Shown: positions 1 through 16,354 of the stretch, piece after piece
Layout of the letters: each line of letters starts with the position of its first letter
Position numbering within the stretch: position 1 is the stretch's first letter
Assembly: GCF_009914755.1 (NCBI RefSeq)
Contig: NC_060928.1
Reading direction: 5' to 3' (one strand)
DNA length: 64,000 nt
From: the human T2T-CHM13v2.0 reference genome, Homo sapiens
Position numbers and translations under genes: made by a program
Notes under the pieces: generated by a model
Told to the model about the DNA's origin: nothing
What the model saw: the letters and a program-made list of their open reading frames with translations, nothing else
The model's database searches: none

Positions 1-329
1 GTGTTCTGGAAAACTTAACTAGTATTCCGATGAGGCTAAGCCCCAATACTTTTCCCCATTTACCCTCCTGTTCAAAGAGACACTTGAGGTTCTTCTGCAT
101 TGTTTGGCCAAAATTGAGGGAAAGGTTTTTCACCTTATCCTCATTTGTTTCATATTTTATTATATCAGAGTTTCTGTCTTCTTTCAATCACATTGCAAAT
201 CCTCTCATGTGCTGCATGAGAAAGATGACTGGACATAATTTGGGATGAGTGAAATTAGCCCTGGTAACAGAGCAGCCTTAGTGTTAATTTAATTTGTTCT
301 GTGACAAACTGATAATCAGCTATACTAAA

Positions 330-772
330 ATTCATTCTCTTGTTATTCTATAATAACTGAATTCCCTATTTTACTTATGTGCCTATTGGAAAGACTACAC
401 TTTCCAGCTTTCACACCTTTCATGAAGTGTGGCCTTGTCACGAATTAATTGGCAATGAAATGTAAGTAGAAAGAACATTGTGTGATTTCAAGGAAAACTC
501 TGAATATGACTTTCATCTGTATTTTTTTTTTTTGTCCTTTCCTGTTCTCCTTCCATCTTGCTCCCTGAGAAGCAGATGTGATGGCTGGAGATCTCACGAC
601 CACCTTTAGGTTTGAAAACAGGGGCTACGTGTGAAGGATAGAGGAGCAGAGACATGGAAGGAGTCTGGATTCCTGATGATGTGTTCTGTTTGAGAGAATG
701 GAAGTTTTATTATACAAGCAACCACTTAAGTGAATTTTATTTAGCTTGCAACAAACCTAACCCTAACTGATA
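330..772 (+). mobile_element. Old ERVL-MaLR LTR (MLT1J/K-like)
   Basis: MLT1-type phrases (ctacactttccagc, gatgtgatggctggag, ggaaggagtctggattcctgatga, cctaactgata). Boundaries approximate. Confidence 0.55.
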
Positions 773-1639
773 ATATCTAAGTCACTTCAGAGCCTTTTAA
801 TGACAAAAGCCGAGTAAAACCCTGAAGATTGGCTGGGGAATGGTCTAATAAAGGTAAGATAAAAACTACTTTAATGAAGTTGTTTTTTTTTTTCTTAAAG
901 GAAAAAGTCACTGTTGACCTGTTGATAATAGATTTGATGGTAAAGCCCGATGAGTTAGGCATTAAAGAAAAAAGAAAAACAAAGCAAAATGAAATAACCA
1001 AAGAAAACCCATAAGACAACGATTCCTCCCCACTGTAGCCACATCCTGCCCCTTGGTGGGCATTCATTAGTCATTCCTAGCCTCTCTCTGCCCTTCTCCT
1101 CATTCCATCCAGGGAAGCAAGGTACAAAATGAGCTTGCTTAGCTGAGCTCCCCACTTCTCTTTTCTTTCTCTTCAGAGTGCTACCTGTAGAAAACCAGAG
1201 TCTCTTCTGCTCCTCCAAGAAGAAAGCTATTCCATGACTGCATTTGAGAGCTGCCTAATTTAGGGGTTCAGTTAGCAGACCTATTTGACTTGTATATCCT
1301 GTAACTTAGCCGTTGTCAGTAATATCGGTGATATTTGCTTTGTCTTCATTTTCTATTCATTTTCCATCTTTCTCAGTTAGTTTAGAACTTAGGGAGGGAA
1401 AAATGTTGCTGTTATTTGGGTCTGCCTCAGAAGCAAAGATCTGATACAAATTCAAAAGTTTTGAGAATTAAGGCCAGAAGTAAAATTTTAGAGAGTTGGC
1501 AGAATAAATAGTAAAGAACCCAGCCCAGTTCCTCTCCCACTTTGTAAGTACCTAGGCCCCAAACAATTCCAAGTGGGGTGTTTCAGAAACCTGGTAGGAC
1601 ACAGATGCCAACTAAATGGGGTAAGAAAAAGAGAGACAA

Positions 1640-1995
1640 ATAGAGACACTAGGCTGGATGCAGGGTCCTGATGTCAGTAACAGAGGGCAGTTACCACCCC
1701 TATTCTGCAGAGGCAAGGGAGGGAGTAGTTACAGGGACCTGCCATAGACAATGCTGTGTGGAGAGAACTGTATGACGGAATATGCCCTTTGCTCAAGAGA
1801 AGTTGCCAGCCTTTGGACACCCTGTAGGGAGGAACTTGGGATGTAAGCTCCCTGTGTCCACCTACCAGAGCTCATTATTGGCCAAACCCAAACAGAAGTC
1901 AGAAGGCACTGGAGCCTTCTGATATATGCATGTCAGGGGATGGGGGCCAGGACAGGATGGAGAAAAGGGTGGTGTGGAACTGGAGAGGCAGATAA
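1640..1995. mobile_element. Old ERVL LTR fragment (LTR33/LTR16-like)
   Basis: attggccaaacccaaacagaagtcagaaggc and gggtggtgtggaactggagaggcaga resemble recalled LTR33/LTR16 consensus. Confidence 0.4.
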
Positions 1996-2244
1996 CCCCA
2001 AAGGAGAGAAGCCTTGAATTGGATACATTTTGCTATTATAATGATTGGCCATTTTACATTTTGAAATGAGGCTGTCTTCTAAATACAAGAGATTCAAAAA
2101 ATGATTAGACTAATTTGACAAGTTATCCGTGAGCAGGAAAAGAACCAGTCCACAGATTGTGCCCAATGGAGAAAATGAATAAAGTTACATATATGCACCT
2201 TATTGAATTCAGTTCATTCAACGAGATGGATACAAAGGTGTATA

Positions 2245-2463
2245 TTGGGGTTGCTCAACTTTGGCACTGTTGATGGTTTGGATTGGATGATTTTTTTTTT
2301 TGATAGGGAGGTTGTCTTGTACATTGTAGGATGCTTAGCAGTGTATCTGACCTCCACCCACTAGATGCCAATAGCACGCCCCAAGTTGGAATAAATAAGA
2401 ATGTCTGCAGACATTACCAAATGTCCCTTGGGGGAGAGAATCACCCCGACTTGAGAATGACTG
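2245..2463 (-). mobile_element. MER20 (hAT-Charlie non-autonomous DNA transposon)
   Basis: Full-length-sized match: ...ctcaactttggcactgttga...cccactagatgccaatagcac...cagacattaccaaatgtccc...ttgagaatgactg. Confidence 0.85.
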
Positions 2464-4761
2464 AGTTTTACCCCTCTCCCTCTTCTTAGTAACAAAGATA
2501 ACTGCTTCCTTTCTCCCTTTATATTGCTCCACTTCATTAAACATTCATTCGTTCAGCAACCAGTCAGAACTGGGAGGCAGATGATAGGGTTATTTGGCCC
2601 AGCATGGAGGTTTTATAGCATTTGTAGTGTCTCCTAATATAGGCTTCTTTTCTCTTTTCTTTCTTTTCTTTCCCTTGCTTTTTTCCCCATGAACCATTTC
2701 CCAAGCTAGCTTGAGAGAATAAAAAAATGACCTTAGTAGTAAAAAGTTTGGCTTTCCAGCCCTAATACTCGGGTAGGTCTACAGTAGTGAAAGAGTCCGC
2801 ATGTTTCTTTCTCTTTTTTGAGGTCCCTACCCCTCAGCTAGGATGCTTAGATTATGATTTAATTGCTCACTGAAAAGCCACCAAGGATTTTCTTGATCTA
2901 CTGGGAACCGATCCAAAGATGCAAATTTTATTTTATTCCACTTGAGAACGAACAAAGTTTCAGAGACCCATTTTTTACAAAGGGGATACTTATGACTAAC
3001 CTCCTAATTAAAATATTTTTGGTTACTAAAATGTACTATTTATAATCCAAAATTAGCAAATCTCTTCCTGAAGTCTCTGAATCAGCATTCGAAGTGCACC
3101 TGGTGTTCAGTAGTTGATAGTCTTCCTTTCTGTTACAAATTACTCTTGGTTTAGCACCATTCTCGGTTTAGTGTATTGTCTGTTGTTTTACTTTATTGTC
3201 AATTCTATGAAGCCATGTAATTTGCATATTTTTGGCCCCAAATCTTTTAAGATAAATATGTATTGCATTTCAAACACAAATTAATGATGTTGAATTACTA
3301 AACCAAATGTATATACAGTTCTCCTTCAACATTTGTCCCATATGCTTCCTCTTCATGCATAACTGCATGTTAATTCGTGCTCTTTTAATAACAGCAAATA
3401 TATGCAGTAAACTTTCTGCATAAGTGTTGAGCTTATAGGACACTGAATATAATGCAAAGTACTACTGATAAGTTGGTTGTCTTCTTCTGAAAAAATAAAT
3501 GATTATTATTTCACATATTATCTTTCCTAATATTTATTATCTTTGGTTTATTTTTTATTATTTTACCAGGCAGTGCAATTTCATAGGGTAAATGAGAAAA
3601 GAGTCTTTTCCTCAACATATTTATTTTTTGAGCTGTAAAGTACCTGGATTTCATTATTTTGACCCCTTGAGAACATTTTTTAACAAATGTTCATTTATTT
3701 TTCTTAACAGATCAATTATTCTCAATAGATCATATGTCTTCTTTAATGCTTCCCTGCCAACATTTTTTAGGACCTAATTTTTACTTTATGGGTGAGGAAA
3801 ATGATTCTCAGAAAAGTATACCCAATCATTTTTTCTAATAAATGTTTACAGAATATATAGAATTTTATAGAATAGTTAAAACACAATGTTTTAACTCATG
3901 AAGTATTACTGTGAACAAAGGAGACTGAGTCTTATATTTGCAAACTGGACTTTGTAGTCTAGTGAGAGAAAAAAAATGATAAATAAAGCAAGAAAAAAAT
4001 ACAGTCAGTCAGACGATAAGTGCCAAAATCATTGAGAGCAGCTTCTTCTTCCATCTGCAGTAGCAAGAGTTCTGCTTCCTACTCTTTAGATATTATTATT
4101 TAATTTAATTTTTGGAAAGTCTGAAGTTAAAATGATACCTCCCTGTCTTTGTTATGTTTTTAATAATAAATGAGGTTGAACTTTTTAAACTGTTTCTTGG
4201 CACTTTCTTTTTCTATGAACTATAATTCCTTTGCTACTTTTCCTTTTATTATATTTCTTTTTCTTTATTTGTTCTTTGCATTCTAAGGTAATTTACTCTT
4301 TGAATCTCATGTATTGCAAGTACTTTTCTTACTTTGTAAATTTTCTAAAATTTGGCTACTTAACTTACTATTTATACCAAAACCAACTATACAGTCATAC
4401 AAATCTTAATTTTAAATAATAATATAAAAATTCTAGAAGAAATAGTGGGAAGTGGATAAGAAAATTAATATAAATTCTGAAAACAATGAAGAAGAAAAAA
4501 ACTAATAATTTTTCCTAAGTTGCTAGCCATTTGTCCCAACATCATGCGCCAGCATCCACATTTCTTCACTAACTTGGTATTATATATATTTCATATACTA
4601 AATTCCCATATCTATCTACTTTTTGACTCTGAGTCTTTGGGCTCTCACTCCACAAAGCACTAACTCTTTAATTTATTGTTACTTTTGAAACATTTTAATA
4701 TAGATTAGGAAGAAATCCCTCAATAATCTTTTTTGAAAAATCTCTAGAAATTCTCCCTTGG

Positions 4762-6606
<1,845 letters not shown>

Positions 6607-8735
6607 AGAAATTCTCCCTTGGTTATTTTTTATAACAACTTTACTTCTATTTTTGTAATTATTTCCCCCTCATTCCTTCATCATTTTGTTTTAGATAACA
6701 TTAATTTTAGAAGAATGCAGCTAAAATAATATTTTTGAACCTGTAAAACAGATGTGTCTTTCAATTTTTCATATTTTTATGTTCCTTAGTTGGAATTCTA
6801 TGTTTCTTCATATAAGAACATTTCTCACTAAACATTTTCTAAGCTATCTTATTATGTTTGTTAATATTATAAAATGAATCCTTTCTCCCTTTGTATTCTT
6901 ACCTGAATATTTATATTTATATATCTATTATGTTCTGTGTGCTCATTCCATGATTAACATTTAAATTTAGTTTTTGCAAAAATTGTTTAACGCTCATGTG
7001 TTTTCCAAGTGTAGCTTTTTAGAAGGATATGATTTCCAAGTATTAATGTGTTTCTTCTACTCCCAAACCAACAATTCACAGAACTCACCACCCACACTGT
7101 GAGAATTGAATCACCCCTGGGCAACCAAACAAAAACTAGAAATAATGAGACAGAAGGAGCAACATACATAGTTTCCCAGTTGCAGTGAATAGATCAACAA
7201 TAGGCTGGCCTGAAAAGAGTGGTTCACTGGGGGATGGGAGATGTTGGACATGTGAGAAAGGAGAAGGAGTTTATCAGTACTTGGGGTTGGACAGACAACT
7301 TCTGGGTTTTGTCCATCCTTTCAGCTGTTCCACCTAAAAGAGGCTAGTGCCTTATATAGATGGCAAATTTAGAAAGTAAAAATGGAATGCTTGGCTCAGG
7401 TCCTCTCTCTTCCTCTTGAGAATGAGCTTCCCACGCATGGCAGGACTTTCTCTCTGCTCTCCCCACTCACTGTTTCTACCCTCCTGGTCAAGCATTGCCT
7501 GTAACCAAGTAGGTATGTCCACTTAATCTTGGGTTAGCAAACGCGATTCTGCTTTCACACTAAGCTGTTCTTGAATGGAAACTACAGAACTCAGATGATA
7601 TTTTATCTTTCACTTGTGAATCATTTACCTTATATGTCAGTTTTTTAGAGCCTAGGCAAAAAGTGGAATCTGATTGGGCCTCTCATAGACCTGCACAAGA
7701 ATTCAATGTTCCTGAGGGCAGAGAACCAGTCTCGTTTAATACTCATTCTCCACACTACAACCATTAAGAGTGAGAACTCTGGACCCAAACTAAATTGATT
7801 CACAATCTGGCTACAGTATTTACAGCTCTGTCATGTGGGCTAAGTTAAATGTTTCAATAAACCACATTTTAACATAAAAGTGTGCTTGTGAGAATTAAAT
7901 TAGATAACCGATGATAAAGTTTAGCACAGTATTATATGCTAAGCAATCAATAAAAGGTAGTGATTATTATTATGAAACATGAGACTATTGCTCCACAGTG
8001 CTATCAGGCCTTTCTCATAGAGTTCCTCTTTTGCCTCTAATTGATGCTGTGACATTGTGGTCTCCTTGGTTGGTCTTAAGCTGTGCCACAGGAGGGAAAA
8101 TCATTCCTTACATGAATAGAAGTGTTCTCACTCTTTCCAAAGCCCTTCTAGCTAGTAGTGATAGGCAGAAGGCAGGAGTACAATCAACAAGGAAAGAAAT
8201 CGCATCAAAAGAATGCTATGATTATAGCCTAAACTTCTCAAAAGAAGACATAGTTGGAAAATGTGTTGTTCTAAACTTATGCCGCAGATACCATAAAGGT
8301 AAGTTGAATGTGGCCAGAAGTTGAATTATCAGTTATTTTTCCCTGCAGACTATGGATAAAACTTGCATCTGTGGTCATCATCAATAAAGCACAGTAACAA
8401 CCTTTGAGAAGCTAGTGTTCATGAGTGACAGAATGTAGTGACAGCATCATGTGCAACGATGTAACCAGAATTAATAAATTAGGGCGCTACAGAGTCAAAA
8501 CAATCTAAATGGCTTCAGTGTAAACAGAATATTGCTCCACAACGTCATCACCACTGCTTTGTGGTTAATAACAAGTACTACCTCTTTCTTGAGGAAGTAG
8601 ATATGAAATGAGATAGAAATGGTGCATTGGCAATAAAAAACAGGAAGAGATGGTTATTAGGCATGAACAAGGATGGACTGTTCCTGTTGATACTATCAAG
8701 AATCTTCACAAGCTCCAATTAGGCAACAAATGTGT

Positions 8736-8837
8736 TACCTCTTTTCTATTCATTATTCTAAATAATATTCATTATTCTAAATAATCTACCTCTTTTCTAT
8801 TCATTATTCTAAATAATAAATTCTAAATAATCTAAAT
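8736..8837. repeat. Nested short tandem duplications
   Basis: 31-mer TACCTCTTTTCTATTCATTATTCTAAATAAT at 8736 and 8787, with the 20-mer TATTCATTATTCTAAATAAT repeated between them. Confidence 0.85.
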
Positions 8838-9104
8838 CGCTATACTCTATATGGACTCAAGAATTTTCTAATACAGCTTGAATCTCCACAAAAATATTTT
8901 TTCCAGTGCCCCACACCCCTAGGGGTGGCCTTCAATGCCAACATATTAAGTCAAATAAAAAGATGTGATATGACTATTTTCATAATTCTTGAATATAATA
9001 TTTGGTGAGTTTTAACACATTTGCTTAAAATGTAGTAAAAAGTCAAAAGTAGAAGATTTCATTGACGAAGAGTTTCAGTCTTAGAGCTAATTATTGATGA
9101 AACA

Positions 9105-9330
9105 TTAGGAACTTAGGAGTTAGACAGATCTGAAGTCCAGTTTCTATCACTTGAGTCCAGTTTCTATCACTTGCTGGCTTTTGGTTCTTAAAAATACTGA
9201 CTATTAAAGCATTTGTTTTCTTATCAGTAACAATAAGAAAGGCAATCTTATCCATGTCATCGGACTGTTGTGATGGTTAAGTAAAATATTGCTTGCAATA
9301 CACTTAGCAAAGTGACTGGAAGATGGGAAG
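9105..9330 (+). mobile_element. MIR fragment containing a perfect 20-bp tandem duplication (9134-9173)
   Basis: ggagttagacagatctgaagtccag...ggactgttgtgatggttaagtaaa...cacttagca resembles MIR; AGTCCAGTTTCTATCACTTG occurs twice. Confidence 0.55.
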
Positions 9331-9399
9331 AAGTAAATAAATAATTGCCTATTAAAATCACCATCACCCAAGCTGAGAAACAGCTTAACAATATATAGT

Positions 9400-10370
9400 A
9401 TTTTCATAAGAAAACCACACGATGTCAGTGTATATAATTCTGAGTAAGCTGAGAGATGCATATTCTTGGATAACAAAACTAAACATTGTAAAGACAGAAT
9501 TCTCTCCACTTTATTTTACATGTTTAATTCTAATCCAAATTCCAAATTATTTTTTAATGTAATAAAATTACTCTGGTCTTCATAGGAAATATTGTACAGG
9601 CTATAAAATCTTAGAGGATTTTTAAAAAAGTGTAATGAGAAAGGGTTTGGACTATCAAATATATAATTACATGATGCTATAATAATCAGAACTGAGAAGT
9701 GCTCCCATAAGAATCAACTGACAAATAATAAAACGAACTCAGAAACAAAAGTTTTAGCTTATGAAGATGTAGACCTAGATATAGATACAAAGTGAGCATT
9801 TGAAAACAATAAAGATATGGACTACTCAATACATGAAAGTGAGAATAATTTAGCAGACAAAATAAAACTGTAGTGTTATCTCTCTATATTATCCAATAAC
9901 TCCAGATGTCTCAAAGACTAAAATCTTTAAAAAGAAAACAATAAGTAGTTATTTATAAGTACATGATTGTGTGCAAATAAAAGCATAAAGGAGAAGAGGT
10001 GGTATATTGAACACATTCAATGTTTTGTGTTAAAATATTACAAAGTAAATCTTAAAAATCAGTACTTTCACTAACAGTGCCTGGTGCATGGTATAAATTC
10101 AGTAATAATACAAGGGTTCAGTTGTAGGGGGACATTTTAGAGAGTTATGGTAAACTCATGTAATAGAGATTTTTTGTAACCATTAAAATGATCTTTGAAA
10201 TGGCTTTTGGTAATTTTGAAAATAATTATAATATGATGCTAAGGAAAAAAACTCAAGAGTTATAAAACATATAACCTTGATTGTATTAGAAATAAAAAGA
10301 TAAAAATAAATCAAAACTTAATAGCAGATAACTTTTGGTGATTTAATTTTTCTGTCTTTATGCTTTTCTG
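9400..10370 (+). mobile_element. Highly decayed ancient L1 (L1ME-like) ORF2/3' fragment
   Basis: A-rich strand bias and degenerate L1 ORF2-end phrases; boundaries approximate. Confidence 0.4.
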
Positions 10371-13300
10371 CATTTACAATATAGAATTTTTAAAGACACT
10401 GTAGTCAATATATATATATATTTATTAAGTTTATAAACCAGAAATAGGTCTCTGATGATGAGAAACTTAAGATGAACAGATATTTTTATTTAAATGGGGA
10501 GAAGAGAGAAAACATTTCTTTTTGGAAATTTTCAAGTTTAAACAGCTACAGGGTTTTAACATACTTTTTCTGGTAGACTAGAGAGAATGAAGGAAGTTAA
10601 TGTTGAAAATATAGTTGGCATCTCCTTACTGGTGAGAATTAAACCAATAAATCACATGAGTCCCTTTGGGTAATATTTAAGCTGGCAAGAATAAAGCATA
10701 TATCATTAAACTTTAGACCCCCACTTACTTTTTGGGTGGAGGTTGACATACAGGAAATGAAGTCTGGAGTACAAGCAGCATAAAAAAAATGATTTTAATT
10801 TTTAAGTTGGGATAAGGGAATATCCGTGGAAAAACACTAATGTAGTGAAGAGTTTCGAAGAGTGATAACACTGAAATTGTCATTAAATTTAACCAAGTCC
10901 TTGATGTGAGAAATTTCAGTTCATTGTTGACAACACAGATTGCAGAAGCATATGGAAGCAATTAGAAGAAAGTAAATGGAGACTGTGGGTGCAGGCTGCA
11001 TATTTGTGGAGCTTGACTAGATAAAAGGAATAATATAGGATGAGATCTAAAAGAGGCAATGAGGAGTCTGATATCTTCTTTCAGAGCTGAGGAAATCTGA
11101 GCATGAAAGCAAGCCAAAGAAGAAGACAAAATTGATGATTCTTTGGTGGGGGTGTGGGAGTGGGGTGAATATGAGAACAGTATCTCATTATGAAGGAATA
11201 GCAAGTTCTGTAGCAAAGGCTGAGGAGTTAGATTTCCAGATAAGAATATGATTCCTCTTCTGCTGAGATTAGCAGGAAGGAAGTTCTGATAGATGTAAAA
11301 ATTCTTCAGGAGACAGGCAGCTGGGGCAGGGGAGCAGTGTAGGGCATGCATGCAGGAAGCAATGGATCACAACAGAAGATTCTGGCTCTCCGTGAATCAG
11401 ATGCATGAGCTGAGAACATGCCCAGTGTTTACTGGGCTTACTACCCTTGCTGAGTCCGTTTCTGCTCTGATCAGTGTCAGGATCCAATGCAGTCCATATG
11501 ACTTTTCATATAATATGGAAAAGTTCCATATTATATGAAATTCCATGTTATACGAAACTTGGAAATTCCCTTGGAAAAGTTGTAATGCATTCTTATAAAT
11601 ACAGGTGATTTTTACCATGAAATGAACTGGGAAGAAAGCTAGATGAAAGTATAGAAAAGTTAAAAGCTTTTGGAGAAATACACCATAAATTTCAGTGGGA
11701 TATTCAGGGTCCAGAAGATTGGAAGCAGCATGACCAGCTGGTAGCCCTGACAAGAGCTTGTTAAATTCCTAATGAACCCCAATAATCTTGTTGCCTGATT
11801 ATGTTTTGATGAGTGCTTAAGATGTTTAAGCTTAAAAGCTCTTCTTGGACACTATTTTCATTTACCATTGGGCCTCTAAATTGAAATTGTCTCTAAGGCT
11901 CCCCGATAATGGCCTTTTAGATTTTCAGTGTTGGGTAATATGGAAATATCTTAGAATCTAAATGCACAGTGGGTCCGTGGGAGCAGAAAGATTCTCATGC
12001 ATGAGAAGCTCCATAAAACATCTATAGCATTGTCTTAGGTTGCTTGGAGAAACTGCATTCATATTCATAATGTATTGTATAATTATGAGATCCTGATTTT
12101 CATATTTCCCAGTGTGCCTTTTCAGCTCTGCTGTATAACCAAATTAAAGGAGACTACACAACTTTACAAAATTAGAGTGTTCTGTTTTGTATATTGCTGT
12201 TTGACAGTACTTTAATTTTAATTTGTTCATCATTGATCCTAATAAAGACAAACTGTCATTTTAACCATTGCCTGGAATGTAATACATTAGTTTTATTGCA
12301 TCTATAACAGCTGCTTATGTGTCTCTCCCTCTGTCTTTCAATGATGAGTTGTCCTTTTCTCTAGGCAGTGCCAGGAAATCTGGAAGAGCTCACAACACCT
12401 CTATATAAACTGGATTAAATAGAGGAAAATTTAATTGTATGTTATTATTGTACTTCTACTACTTAATACAGAAAGGGGATATATAAAAGAAAGGCACTTC
12501 ATGCATACATGATGAATAAATGAAGAATAAATATTTTACTTTTTTAAATTAGCTTTGTATTTGCCTAATTCCTTGGCCTCAGTTTCCTCTTCCAGAAATT
12601 GGGAATGAGACACTAAACCATATGAGGGTCAAATGAGCAAACTGTATTTCCTGGAGATACAAACTTCCTTAACTTTGTATCTCTAGGAAAGAGATGCAAG
12701 TCTATTCTATCACATACCTGGGAAATATTTATGATGTTTTATATCTCAAATTAATGCATGTAATAATCGAAAAATTCATTCTCATTATTAAAAAAATTTA
12801 TTTGCCAAGAAAAATGTGCTTATATGTCTGTACATATTCACAGGTACCTCCTATGAATCTATTTGGACAGAATCTATACAGGTCTAAGTTTACGATGTAA
12901 TAGATAACACTGTGCCCTAGCTTAGATGTAAGACAGGGCAAAGAAAACTGAAGATGTGGTCAACAGTAGGTTCTTAAAGTGGGGTGCATGATTAGCAATC
13001 TTCCTCAAAGTCTGTTTCTCTCAAGATTTGTGTTTGTCAAATGTGCTGCTCAAACTTCCTTCTAGGGGGCAGCAGTGCCCTGGATTTTTGCCAATATTCC
13101 TTCCTCTCTCTTTAAACATCCGTCAGTGACTTAGGTCTTCTTCAAAGAGGCAAAGTCAAAGGAAATAGTCGTGGTAATTTTGTTATTACATGGGCATACT
13201 GATATTAGAAACAGTTAATATTCCACCAAAAGTCATTAGAAGGGTTGTGGGAGGGCATATATAAAGAAAACATAATAACATGGTACAGTTAAGAGGAAAC

Positions 13301-16300
13301 TAATATATTAAAACGACTGCACAGAGGAGAGAAGCCCTCATTGCAATACTGAATATGTAGCATTCATTTTTACTAGCATATTTTGTGTATACTTTATTGC
13401 TAGTATAATAAAATCAAGGTTACTAGGGGTAAATGTATGTTTATTTACAGAATAAAAATTTGAGACATGGGGTTTTAAGTATGTGAGAATTAAAATCTGC
13501 TAAGTACAAGATTTGCCCAAGAAGTGTAAAGATTTTAGGAGAACAGGCAAATAGATTTAACTCTGACTTGGACTTTCTTGAAACTGCTGTGATTTGTCAG
13601 GAATGTTTATTGAATTAATGATTTTTCCTTTGAATGGGGATTGTGGTTTTACAAAGCAACTCAAAATATTGAGCAGAAATCAGTTCAAAATTCTTGACTC
13701 ATGTTCTAGTCCTCTACTGGTTGAGACACCAGACTGTAGTAAATCTTGACAACAGATTTTATACATAAAATTTTACTTCTTATGTCACTTGGCCATATTC
13801 AATTACAGCTCTAATTATAGAGAAGTTATTAAAATGTTCGCAAAGTTTTATTTTACAGTTTTGCTTGATGATCTCTTTTATCATATATGTTAGACCCTCA
13901 TCCCAAACTCTTGAAATAGTGGATTTAGCACTAGGAGCATGATGACTCAGATGGCTCCGGTCATCTATCAGGAGAAAGATGGTGGTCCATCTGTTACACT
14001 AAAAATTAACCCACGATGTCTTCCTTTTTCTCACACCATCATTATCTGGGTAGGATGAGAAGCACTTCTACTTTACCTCTCATTTCTAATTAAGTCTTCT
14101 CTTTGAATTAATCTATCCTGGATTTTTATTTTAATCATATTTCAAATATAGTAAGATCATACAAGAAAAAATATTGTTTGCCCAAGCCTCTGAAGTGTTC
14201 TGGAATAGCTTTGCTTATTGTAATATTAGAGAGAAACTTTGCTTGATTGTCATCATTTTTCAAAATATATGGTACTGACATTGTGTCTTTTCTCCAATGG
14301 AGAAATTCTTCTCAGAGTTTTATATATATAACTTGTAATTTTTGCACTAAGTTCTTACTCATCACTCTTAATTGCCAAATCTTAGAGCTATGAAAAAAAT
14401 ACACTGCCACTAATCATCTAATGAGATCTGATATTGCTTATCTAGAAAATATTCACTCTTTAACAGCTTTCTTCACTTAGCATTTGGTGAAAAAGTACAA
14501 TAATTACTGAAGAAATGTAAATATCCTTCAAACATTCTCACTGTTCTTTTTCACATTTCCTTGTCTATTATTTAAAAAATATGTGTTATTGATGCCATGG
14601 GAGTGACACTTTTAAGATAAATTCAGAAATACCCCTGTAGGATCAACCATCAGACATGAAATGTGAAATGCTGTCACACTGGCATGAATGACTGCTACTA
14701 TAATCACTGGCTCTTCTTTTATAGGGGTTTTTATTAATTAAATGTAAAGTCTGCCATTGGCCTTATAAGAGTGCTCATCTGTTTTCCTTTAATTTCAAGT
14801 AGATTAAAAGTGAGATTTGGTGTTAATTAAAAACTTAGAATTTATGGGGTTTCTAATTGCAAATAACATTTCTGTGGTGAGTACGTAGATGACTTCTTAG
14901 TTCTGTTTGGTAATCAACATAGTATTGAACAAGGACAGGACAAAAAATAAATCATTTGAAGAAAAGAACACCATCATTGGCTCTATTGTCCGTGAATAGC
15001 TTGAATCCTATCTAGCTGGGGGGCATGTAAGAGGAGAAGCTCAACAGCTCAGGATAAACGTTTTACCCTGATGTCTGGAAATTTCATTCTTTCTTTGAAA
15101 AATGTAGATGGATTTGGAAGGATAGCAATAAAAGTCAAAAAGTCATTATCAAGATTAATCAGTTTAATTGAAATGCTTCAACATTGTTTGATTTCAGATG
15201 TCTATTTTTAAGTTGAATTTAGGATATATAGGGTAACTGATGACCAAGAGGTCTATGGGAGTTTCACATTTTATTATTTATTATCTTAACTAGAGCCTGT
15301 TGAGAAATTTTTTTTTTTAAAGGACATCTTCTGTGGGAACCCGTAGTACAGATATTTTCCAATTAGCATCTTTGTATGTTCTCTTCTGGCATGAGTCGGG
15401 TTTAGGTTTGACACACTGGGCTTTTAAGGGGAGCTCTATCTTTGCAGTCCAGGCTACGTGTGACAAGATTAAATTGGCACACTTTACTGTACAGCTCTTG
15501 TGTTCCTGGCAGCACTGGCCTGGCTGATACCTCTGAGAGAAGGCTCAGCTGTCACTCACTGACCCATTAACACTACTGTTCTATCCTGCAGTGTCATTTT
15601 TCTCATTCTTATGGAGATAATGCTCCCTGGAGATCTCCAATACCTGGAGGAATGAAAGAGAACAGCAGAGACAGGCTAACTATCAAAGAGGGAGCAAACA
15701 ACACAGCAAGACCATGAATTCCAACAGTTGAATTTTCAATTGAGTGAAAAGATGAGGCCTATTATGATGGCTGGGTTCAGAAGGTGGGGAGACGATCAAG
15801 TTTTAAGAGGTATCTTAACTTTTTAACAAGTGATTTTCTCTTTTCTTCCTGAATATTAAAAGAAGTGCCCAAAATAACACCTGCAACTAGATATAGAGAA
15901 GGCAGCTGCTTTGAACATGTAATAGGGACATTTGGGTAAGAATTTATCATTTGCAAATAGGCAATGGATATAAAACAGAGCATGCATTAAGGTGAATGGC
16001 TTAATATTCTAAATAAAACAGGATCCCTAGTTAGGGTTGGCTTATTGGGGCACAAAATCGCCTTCCTGGTAAAAGCACAAAAAGAGAGAAATGATATGTG
16101 ATCTTTGTATCCCTTGGTCTAAGGCTTCTCTTCTCTTGTGATTGAACGGTTTCCAGTGGCATAAGCAAACTCTGTTGCTCTCTTGTAGTCCAAACTGTGT
16201 ATTGTTTGGTGGGTCACTTTATAAGAAGTTACACTTTCTAATGGTTACTACATAAAAAGGCACTATAAGAACATGTTTCTAGATTTCCTGGACTAAGGCT

Positions 16301-16326
16301 GGTCCAGTTTGATTGATATGAAAGCA

Positions 16327-16354
16327 AAATAAATAAATAAATAAATAAATAAAT
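16327..16354. repeat. (AAAT)7 microsatellite
   Basis: Read directly. Confidence 0.9.

Noticed and set aside
10900-12310. Possible L2/CR1 remnants
   Set aside because: Too decayed to delimit or name by eye.
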